A stretch of 64,000 nucleotides of DNA, taken from contig CAYYQG010000001.1 in NCBI GenBank assembly GCA_964473765.1, positions 28,667-92,666 of the forward strand, in the 5' to 3' direction. Under the pieces are notes generated by a model. The model saw only the letters and a list, made by a program, of their open reading frames with translations. It was not told the DNA's origin and searched no databases. Origin of the DNA: an uncultured Puniceicoccaceae bacterium (GTDB taxonomy: Bacteria; Verrucomicrobiota; Verrucomicrobiia; Opitutales; Coraliomargaritaceae). A program made the translations under genes and the position numbers. This document shows positions 57,611-64,000 of the stretch, in pieces (position 1 is the stretch's first letter; each line of letters opens with the position of its first letter).

Positions 57611-57697
57611 GGGATGGGACGCGTTGCGCGCACCGCGTTACGCGTCACGCGGTGCTCAGTCATTAGGATTTGGACATTAGTCATCAAACATCGGCTA

Positions 57698-58792
57698 TTA
57701 AACATTATCCTGCAGTTGCTGCAGGATAATGTCGGTGACTTCCCGCACGACGGTTTCGGCCTCCGGGTTTGTCGCCGGGCGGGCGGCCCCTGCCGAACTC
57801 TCCGGCTGCGGGTTTTGGCAGACCACGCCGGGGCGGAACTCGTCGTTGTTGCACAGCTCGCACTCCTTCCAGGCGGAGCGTTTGTCGTCCATGCCGAGGC
57901 TCTGCCGCAGCTCGATCAATTCCTTTGCCTGGGACTTGCTGATGGTCCGGGGAGCCACGCCCAGTTGGGTGGCGATCCACACTGTCTTGCAGTAGGCATC
58001 GGTGTTTTCCATTTTCCAGTAGGCGTCTTCGATATCCTTGCCCCAGGTCAGGACGCCGTGGTTCTCCATCAGCACGGCCATGTGGTCGACTGCGGCCTCG
58101 CCCACAACCCGGGCATTTTCCGGGCTCCCCGGGGTCTGGTACTCGGACATGCCGATTTCACCGAGGAAGACCTCGGCCTCGGGAATGATGCAGGTGGGCG
58201 GTCGCACGCCCGCCACGGCGAAGGCGGTGGCGTGGGGCGGGTGGGCGTGGCAGCAAGCCTTGGCCTTGGGCTGCCGCTTCATCACGGCGATATGGGTCAT
58301 GCACTCGGAGGTACGCTTGCGCTTTCCCGCCAGTTGCCTGCCCTCCATGTCAACCAGACACATTTCATCGGCCGTCATGTAGCCCTTGGAGATGAGGGTC
58401 GGCGTGCAGAGGACGAGGTCGTCGCCCACGCGGATGGTAAGGTTGCCGCCATTGCCATCGACGTAGCCCTTTTCCCAGATGCGGCGGCCGATATCGACCA
58501 TGCGTTCACGCAGGGTGCGGATGGCGGGCGACTCGAAGAAGGCTTGGATTTCCGCGGGCGTGCGCGGGTCGGATCCCGGAGCCCACTTGAACTCAAAATC
58601 CGGCACCATCGGTTCGGCGGCCGGTGCGGTTGGCCCGGAGCGCGTCGCCCCGGAGACCGGCGCGTTCTGGCCGAGACTTCTGAGGAGGTCGCGCGCGGAA
58701 GGTGTGAGAATGGCGTCGCCGGTCAGGGCCTGGGCGGATCCCCCGGCCTTGAGGTGGGCTTCGAGCTGTTGCGCGGTAATGACTTTCTTCAT
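57698..58792 (-). CDS. class II (fuculose/rhamnulose-phosphate-type) aldolase with N- and C-terminal extensions, BMC-associated
   Basis: Core reads ..RRIWEKGYVDGNGGNLTIRVGDD..CHAHPPHATAF..NHGVLTWG.. (class II aldolase/adducin domain). About 85 aa N-terminal and about 60 aa C-terminal extensions, the latter ending in an amphipathic helix ETVVREVTDIILQQLQDNV. Confidence 0.85.
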   Translation of the reverse strand: MKKVITAQQLEAHLKAGGSAQALTGDAILTPSARDLLRSLGQNAPVSGATRSGPTAPAAEPMVPDFEFKWAPGSDPRTPAEIQAFFESPAIRTLRERMVDIGRRIWEKGYVDGNGGNLTIRVGDDLVLCTPTLISKGYMTADEMCLVDMEGRQLAGKRKRTSECMTHIAVMKRQPKAKACCHAHPPHATAFAVAGVRPPTCIIPEAEVFLGEIGMSEYQTPGSPENARVVGEAAVDHMAVLMENHGVLTWGKDIEDAYWKMENTDAYCKTVWIATQLGVAPRTISKSQAKELIELRQSLGMDDKRSAWKECELCNNDEFRPGVVCQNPQPESSAGAARPATNPEAETVVREVTDIILQQLQDNV

Positions 58793-58818
58793 TGCGATAG
58801 GGAGGATGCGGGCGCGGC

Positions 58819-59118
58819 TCAGGCCGGCGGCGGCATGTACTCGATACGGTTGATCAGGGCGCAGTTGTAGGCGTCGATGGGCATGGGGTGGTCGAACGGC
58901 GCGGTGGCCTCGGCCCCGTCGACGAAACCGACGAGGTCCCCCACCCCGGCGCCGAGGTCGTCATAGACCACGCAGGACAGCTCCGCCGAAAGCCCGGAAT
59001 AATCACCGGTCCGCAGCTGGGCGCGGTCGAGCGGGTTGACCATGAGCCAGCGACCGCCGGTGTAGGCCGGGTCCTGTTTGCTCAGGGTGACGCGCCCGAT
59101 GACTTTTCCCATGCGCAT
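58819..59118 (-). CDS. BMC vertex protein (BMC-P, EutN/CcmL family), paralog 3
   Basis: MRMGKVIGRVTLSKQ... has the EutN/CcmL N-terminal signature. Confidence 0.85.
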   Translation of the reverse strand: MRMGKVIGRVTLSKQDPAYTGGRWLMVNPLDRAQLRTGDYSGLSAELSCVVYDDLGAGVGDLVGFVDGAEATAPFDHPMPIDAYNCALINRIEYMPPPA

Positions 59119-59119
59119 A

Positions 59120-59377
59120 TCAGTCGTCGATCAAGGCGATGATCATATTGCGCAGCGGCGAATGCTCGTCGTGCACGCGGGTAGAGGTGGATTGGCCGTC
59201 GGTGGTCATGATCACGCGCTGGTGCAGCCCGGCGTGGTGCGGGTCGATGGCCAGGACCGGCTCGCCGCACTCCGCCCCCACCTCATCCACCGGCTGGCAG
59301 ATGGCCAGGCGCCAGCCCTTGAGGGTGGCATGGCCGTGGTGGGTGACGACCGAGCCGTCGATCCGGGCGAGCATCAT
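59120..59377 (-). CDS. BMC vertex protein (BMC-P, EutN/CcmL family), paralog 2
   Basis: MMLARIDGSVVTHHGHATLKGWRLAICQPVD... fits EutN/CcmL. Its stop lies 1 nt before the next BMC-P start. Confidence 0.8.
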   Translation of the reverse strand: MMLARIDGSVVTHHGHATLKGWRLAICQPVDEVGAECGEPVLAIDPHHAGLHQRVIMTTDGQSTSTRVHDEHSPLRNMIIALIDD

Positions 59378-59391
59378 GATGTGAGCGTGGT

Positions 59392-60879
59392 TCAGTGGAT
59401 GCGCAGGTTATCGACCATGACGCAGCGGCGCACACGGGTGAAGGTCTGCGGGTTGGTGATCCCCTCGCCGGTGGTGGTGGCGATGGAGTAACTCAGGTAG
59501 CCCTCACCGCCGAGCCCGAGGCCGGAGACGGAGGGACCGTTCTTGATGAAGAGGGTGGTTTCCATCTCGCGGGCCATATAGGTCATGCGGGCCACGTTCT
59601 GGCTGAAGATGAGCGCGCTGTGCTTGTAGCCGTGCTCGGCCTTCTTGGCCAGGCGCACACCCTCCTTGAAATCGCGCACCCGCACCACCGGCAGGATCGG
59701 CGCCATTTGTTCCTCGAGGACGAAGGGATGGTCGCCATCGGTTTCGGTGATGAGGAGGCTGGTGTCGTTGGAGACGGTGGCGCCGGCGGCCTCCGCCAGC
59801 ACTTTGACGTCCTTGCCCACGAGATCGCGCTTGAGGACCGGATGCGGGGAGCAGCCCACGCCCTCCCCCTTTTCAAAAGTGAACATGGCCTCGGTCAACG
59901 CCCGCGTCTGCCCGTCATTGAGCAGGACCGCTCCGGCGCGCTTGAGTTCGCGCAGAAAGTCGTCGGCCACCTGTTCGACCACGAAGACGGCTTTTTCGCC
60001 GATGCAGAGCAGGTTGTTGTCGTAGGCCGCCCCGGTGATGATGTCGGTCGCCGCCTTGGCCAGGTCGGCGGTTTCATCGACCACCACAGGCGGGTTGCCG
60101 GGACCGGCGCAGAGGGCGCGCTTGCCCGACCTCATGGCCGCCGCCACCACTCCGGGACCACCGGTGACAGCGAGCAGCCGGATCGGCTCCGCCTGGCAGA
60201 TGGCGTCGAAAGACTCGAGGGACGGCTCGGCGATTGTCGTAACCAGATTCCGGATACCGGTTTCCCGCTCGATGGCGCGGTTGAAGACGCGCACGGCCTC
60301 GGCCGCGCAACGGCAGGCACCGGGATGCGGGTTGAAAACCACGCCGTTGCCAGCCGCGACAATATTGATGACGTTGCCAGCGAGGGTCGGGATGCTGTGG
60401 GTCGAAGGGGTGATGGCCCCGATCACGCCGAAGGGGGCGTACTCCTCCAGGGTGATGCCATGGTCGCCGCTGAGGGCGTAGGGGCGGAACCACTCCGTGC
60501 CCGGCACCAACTTCACGATCTGCAGCTTCTCGATCTTATGGTCGAGCCGGCCGATCTTCGTCTCGTCCAGCTCCAGCCGGCCCCACTCCGCCGCCTTATC
60601 GGTGCAGAGCGTTTTGACGATCTCGACCACCTTGGCCCGGCCGGCCACACCTTTTTCGGCGAGCTGCTTCTGGGCGGCGGCGGCCGCTTCCGCCGCATCG
60701 GTCGCGTCGGTGAAGACTCCGTCGCCCGGGGGCGCCGGGCGCTGCGTTTTCTTTACCGGTTCGGACGGAGGGCCCTCGGACTTGGGCGGCGGAGCAGTTG
60801 CCGCCGTCCCGTTGGCCGCGAGTTTCCTCAGGACATCCTCAACCACCGAGCGGAGGGCATTTTCGTCAAGTGTACTCAT
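59392..60879 (-). CDS. CoA-acylating aldehyde dehydrogenase (PduP/EutE-like) with N-terminal encapsulation-peptide-like helix
   Basis: ALDH core includes ..AITPSTHSIPT.., ..VTGGPGVV.., ..CAGPGNPPVVVDETAD.. and ..LLCIGEKAV.. (catalytic Cys). The N-terminus ENALRSVVEDVLRKLAANG is followed by a Pro/Ala-rich linker. Confidence 0.85.
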   Translation of the reverse strand: MSTLDENALRSVVEDVLRKLAANGTAATAPPPKSEGPPSEPVKKTQRPAPPGDGVFTDATDAAEAAAAAQKQLAEKGVAGRAKVVEIVKTLCTDKAAEWGRLELDETKIGRLDHKIEKLQIVKLVPGTEWFRPYALSGDHGITLEEYAPFGVIGAITPSTHSIPTLAGNVINIVAAGNGVVFNPHPGACRCAAEAVRVFNRAIERETGIRNLVTTIAEPSLESFDAICQAEPIRLLAVTGGPGVVAAAMRSGKRALCAGPGNPPVVVDETADLAKAATDIITGAAYDNNLLCIGEKAVFVVEQVADDFLRELKRAGAVLLNDGQTRALTEAMFTFEKGEGVGCSPHPVLKRDLVGKDVKVLAEAAGATVSNDTSLLITETDGDHPFVLEEQMAPILPVVRVRDFKEGVRLAKKAEHGYKHSALIFSQNVARMTYMAREMETTLFIKNGPSVSGLGLGGEGYLSYSIATTTGEGITNPQTFTRVRRCVMVDNLRIH

Positions 60880-60909
60880 TCTGTTCGTCTCGGGTTCAGG
60901 GCGGCGGCC

Positions 60910-61218
60910 CTATTTTGCCTCGTAGGTCTTCCTTCCCAGGACATCGACGGTATCGACGATCGCGGTGATGACCGCATCCACCGGCAGGGTTTTCATGCCG
61001 ACGGCCTGCCGGGCGGAGCTGCCCTGGCAGAACATGACCATTTCGCCCTCGCCCGCCCCCACGGTATCGACCGCGATGATGGTGTTGGAGCCCTCCTTGA
61101 ACCTGGAGGGGTCGGCACCGTCCACGAGCATGGGCCGGACCAGCAGGAGCTTACGCCCCCGCATGGCCTCGTCTTTGTTCGAGGCGACGACTCTGCCGAT
61201 GACCTTGGCGAGGTACAT
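60910..61218 (-). CDS. BMC vertex protein (BMC-P, EutN/CcmL family), paralog 1
   Basis: MYLAKVIGRVVASNKDEAMRGRKLLLVRP...AVDTVGAGEGEMV. Confidence 0.85.
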   Translation of the reverse strand: MYLAKVIGRVVASNKDEAMRGRKLLLVRPMLVDGADPSRFKEGSNTIIAVDTVGAGEGEMVMFCQGSSARQAVGMKTLPVDAVITAIVDTVDVLGRKTYEAK

Positions 61219-61229
61219 GGCGGCGGTTC

Positions 61230-61523
61230 CTACTTGGCCGCCTTGGCGGGAGCGGGCAGCACGGCGGCGGTTTCCTCGTGGGGCCGGGCGATGACCTGCA
61301 CGCTGACCACCTCGCCGACCTGGGAGGCGGCGGCCGCGCCCGCGTCGGTGGCCGCCTTGACGGCCGCCACATCACCCACCACGACGGCGGTGACGAGCGC
61401 GCTGCCGACGCTCTTGAAATTGCCGGTCAGTTCCACGTTGGCGGATTTGAGCATGGCGTCGGTGCCCTGCACGAGGGCGGCCAGGCCTTTGGTTTCCAAT
61501 AGTCCGATTGCTTTCTGTTGCAT
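61230..61523 (-). CDS. BMC hexamer shell protein (BMC-H, Pfam00936) with short Ala/Pro/Lys C-terminal tail
   Basis: [28 protein letters not shown]...[16 protein letters not shown]. Confidence 0.9.
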   Translation of the reverse strand: MQQKAIGLLETKGLAALVQGTDAMLKSANVELTGNFKSVGSALVTAVVVGDVAAVKAATDAGAAAASQVGEVVSVQVIARPHEETAAVLPAPAKAAK

Positions 61524-61564
61524 GATTTTCTCCTGGTTGAAGGTTTGCCTGATACGTTCGAAAT

Positions 61565-62746
61565 TCAGTTGTTGCGCAGGAGCCGCCAGGTTTCCCGGGC
61601 CACCACCAGCTCTTCGTTGGCCGGAATGACGAAAATGCGCACGGGAGAATCCTCGCGGCTGATCTCTCCCTCGCCCCCGCGCAGGGCGGCGTTCTTCTCC
61701 GCGTCCAGCACCAGCCCGAGTTCCTCCAGTCCCGCACAGATGTCCGCGCGCAGGGCCGGCTGGTTCTCCCCGATCCCGGCGGTGAAGACCAGCGCCTCCA
61801 GCCCGCCCATCTGGAAAACATAGCTCCCGAGGTAGCCGCGCACGCTGTGGACGAGAAAGTCCAGCGCCAGTCGCGCGTCGGCGTTGCCCGCATCGGCCGC
61901 CTCCCGGATATCCCGCAGGTCGTTGCTCACGCCGGAGAGGCCGAGGAGCCCGCTCTCCTTCGTCAGCACGCGGTTGACCTCGTCCAGCCCCAGCCCCATC
62001 TCGCTCTGCGCGAAGCCTGCCGCCGCCGAGTCGAGATCACCCACCCGGTTGTTCTGAGGCAGCCCGGACTGCGGGCTCATGCCCATGCTGGTTCCCACGG
62101 CCACGCCGTCGCGAATGGCCGTGATCGAGCTGCTCCCTCCGAGGTGGCACGACACCACCCGGCAGGGCGGATAAACCCCCGTCGCCGGGCCATCCCGGTA
62201 GAGCTGCCGCACCGCCTCCGCCAGATCATCCCGCCCCAGCAGTTCCGCCGAGCGCTCCGCCACATACTTGTGGCTGGCCCCGTGGAAACCGTGGCGCCGC
62301 ACCCCCGCCTCGTGCCAGCTCTTTGGCACTGCGTAGCGCCGGGCCGGCTCCGGCATCCACTGGTAAAAGGCGGTCTCGAAAAGCGCCACCCGCTTCGCTT
62401 CCGGCAGACGCTCGGCAAATCCACGGATTCCCGCCGCATAGGCCGGGTTGTGCGCCGGGGCGATCACCGCCAGGCCTTCCAGCGCCTCAATCACCCGGTC
62501 GTCCGCCGGTACACAGCCGGTCAGGTTCTTGCCCAGAACCGTCTTGAAGCCGACCGCGTCCACCGTCTCGCCCTCCGCCAGATGCCCCGCCGCACGCAGG
62601 TCCGCCAGGCTCCGGTCAATGGCCTCGCCGTAGTCCGTCACCCGCTCGTGCCCGCCTGCCGCCAGCATGACCTCGCGCTCCGGCTCCATTTCAAAGAGCC
62701 GGTACTTGAACGAGGTCGAGCCAAGGTTGGCCACGAGGATCTTCAT
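61565..62746 (-). CDS. ackA: acetate/propionate-family kinase
   Basis: [18 protein letters not shown], ..[10 protein letters not shown].., and ..TAGIGEN... ATG at 62746; the track start at 62749 is GTG. Confidence 0.9.
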   Translation of the reverse strand: MKILVANLGSTSFKYRLFEMEPEREVMLAAGGHERVTDYGEAIDRSLADLRAAGHLAEGETVDAVGFKTVLGKNLTGCVPADDRVIEALEGLAVIAPAHNPAYAAGIRGFAERLPEAKRVALFETAFYQWMPEPARRYAVPKSWHEAGVRRHGFHGASHKYVAERSAELLGRDDLAEAVRQLYRDGPATGVYPPCRVVSCHLGGSSSITAIRDGVAVGTSMGMSPQSGLPQNNRVGDLDSAAAGFAQSEMGLGLDEVNRVLTKESGLLGLSGVSNDLRDIREAADAGNADARLALDFLVHSVRGYLGSYVFQMGGLEALVFTAGIGENQPALRADICAGLEELGLVLDAEKNAALRGGEGEISREDSPVRIFVIPANEELVVARETWRLLRNN

Positions 62747-62766
62747 CACCGCGGGCGGACGCGCGC

Positions 62767-63042
62767 CTACATGAACTTGCCAAGCTTGCAGAGGTCGTCG
62801 TGGGGGCGCGGAATCACCACCACGCTGACCACCTCGCCAACCTGGGCGGCCGCTTCCGCGCCCGCGTCACAAGCAGCCTTTACGGCCGCCACATCGCCCC
62901 GGTAAAAGGAGCATACCAGCCCGCTGCCCACCTTTTCCCAGCCGGCAAGCGTCACGTTGGCGGATTTGAGGGCCGCGTCCGAGGCTTCCACGGAGGTGAT
63001 GAACCCGCGTGTTTCAATCATTCCCAGTGCTTCCTGAGCCAT
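62767..63042 (-). CDS. BMC hexamer shell protein (BMC-H)
   Basis: [28 protein letters not shown]...[15 protein letters not shown]. Confidence 0.9.
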   Translation of the reverse strand: MAQEALGMIETRGFITSVEASDAALKSANVTLAGWEKVGSGLVCSFYRGDVAAVKAACDAGAEAAAQVGEVVSVVVIPRPHDDLCKLGKFM

Positions 63043-63084
63043 AGTCTTATCCTTTCTTGAATGGTTCTGCGTTTCCCAGCCCGA

Positions 63085-63354
63085 TCAAATCCCGTAGCTC
63101 TTGAGCAACTCGGGATGCGGCCGCGCGATGACATGCGACCCTACCAGGTCGCCCACTTTGGCAGCGGCTTCGGCACCCGCCTCAACGGCCGCCTTGACGC
63201 TGCCCACGTCGCCCTTGACGAGCACCGTGACATAGGCCCCGCCGATCTGGACCTGCTTGACGAGCGTTACGCTCGCCGCCTTGACCATCGCGTCGCTGGC
63301 GTCGACGCTGCCGACGTAGCCCTTGGTTTCTACCAGTCCTATTGATTCACTCAT
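63085..63354 (-). CDS. BMC hexamer shell protein (BMC-H)
   Basis: SIGLVETKGYVGSVDASDAMVKAASVTL...VKGDVGSVKAAVEAG. Confidence 0.9.
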   Translation of the reverse strand: MSESIGLVETKGYVGSVDASDAMVKAASVTLVKQVQIGGAYVTVLVKGDVGSVKAAVEAGAEAAAKVGDLVGSHVIARPHPELLKSYGI

Positions 63355-63396
63355 GGTTCTTCTTTCGATGAAGGTTGGTTACCGTTCTGCTTGAAA

Positions 63397-64000
63397 TTAT
63401 TTCCCAAGTTCCACCTCCGAGTCCGGCCCCAGCCGGCAGGCGTTGCCCTCGTCGGTGTCGATGTGGACCTCCAGTTTGAAGTCCGGCGATACCCGCACAA
63501 ACATGCGGTCGAACGTCATCCCCAGCACGCCGCCCACCCGCAGCTTCATGAAGTCGCCCTGCTTGACCCCGTGGTGGGCCGCGTCCTCCGGCGCCATGTG
63601 CACGTGCGGCGCCGCCCGGATGACCCCCTGCTCCATTTCGAAAAAGCCCGCCGGGCCCATCAGCATGCATCCCGGGGTGCCCGCGATGTCACCTGATTGC
63701 CGCACCGGAATGTCGAAGCCCAACGCGATCGCGTCCGTAAACGCCAGCTCCACCTGGTTGAGGTTGCGGCAGGGACCGAGGATGCGCAGGTTCGAAATCA
63801 CCCGGCTGCGCGGGCCCACCAGCGTCACCGTCTCCGCCGCCGCGTATTGGTCCTTCTGATACAGCCATTTCATCGGCGTCAGCGTCCGGCCCTTGCCAAA
63901 AAGCGCCTCCACCACCTCCGGCGTGAGGTGGCAGTGCCGCGCGCTCACATTTACCACCAGTGGATTCGGCGCCCGCGCCCCCTCCGGTAACGGCAGCCCC
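63397..64000 (-). CDS. pduL: PduL-type phosphate acyltransferase (phosphotransacylase), 5' end probably beyond the window
   Basis: Two PduL repeats ([11 protein letters not shown]... and [11 protein letters not shown]..) with HIDTDEGNA. The frame is still open from 63958 to the window end (..[22 protein letters not shown]), so the GTG at 63957 may not be the true start. Confidence 0.85.
   Translation of the reverse strand, partial: GLPLPEGARAPNPLVVNVSARHCHLTPEVVEALFGKGRTLTPMKWLYQKDQYAAAETVTLVGPRSRVISNLRILGPCRNLNQVELAFTDAIALGFDIPVRQSGDIAGTPGCMLMGPAGFFEMEQGVIRAAPHVHMAPEDAAHHGVKQGDFMKLRVGGVLGMTFDRMFVRVSPDFKLEVHIDTDEGNACRLGPDSEVELGK

Overview
GC-rich bacterial chromosomal window with about 60 credible genes. 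Long antisense shadow ORFs are everywhere and were discarded. The gene content (BatD/BatE pair, PEP-CTERM protein, PVM-type microcompartment locus, LDH-like MDH) suggests a Verrucomicrobiota/Opitutales-like organism; this is inference only.

Layout:
- 0-8 kb: Bat genes and a light-repair cluster with two photolyase-family genes.
- 8.2-10.6 kb: an orphan ParA-ATPase operon with two unrecognisable partner genes.
- 10.8-16.9 kb: housekeeping genes (DHOD-like, typA, lysS, gamma-CA) plus a RES/Xre toxin-antitoxin pair.
- 17-21.7 kb: an accessory patch with an IS91/integrase wreck, a DUF4160/DUF2442 pair and vapBC.
- 21.8-25.4 kb: MBL hydrolase and a fused circularly-permuted ATP-grasp/alpha-E protein.
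- 25.5-29.3 kb: cysE, a CPA1-RCK-EIIA antiporter fusion, and cysH.
- 29.4-30.5 kb: phd-vapC with a decayed duplicate.
- 30.5-31.8 kb: a cytoplasmic GH29 fucosidase.
- 32-44.7 kb: one long minus-strand cluster, apbE-rnfB-(1642-aa PFOR with C-terminal ferredoxin)-rnfCDGEA-(small Cys-rich protein)-FNR.
- 44.9-56.5 kb: housekeeping genes (tsaB-like, alr, DEAD-box helicase, desaturase, ahcY, metK), a PEP-CTERM protein with a XylR/AraC-type regulator, and a DUF559 gene bracketed by inverted-repeat elements.
- 56.7-64 kb: mdh-like gene and a PVM-type bacterial microcompartment locus (3 BMC-H, 3 BMC-P, aldehyde dehydrogenase, acetate kinase, PduL, class II aldolase) that runs off the window edge.

No rRNA, tRNA or CRISPR array was found.

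Most interesting:
- the ParA three-gene module;
- the PFOR::ferredoxin gene embedded in the rnf operon;
- several families of intergenic repeats: 7-bp GTTCRAM arrays, a (GGTTTTC)7 array, 28-bp-TIR hairpin elements around DUF559, and a 22-bp inverted-repeat terminator family;
- the microcompartment locus with predicted encapsulation peptides.
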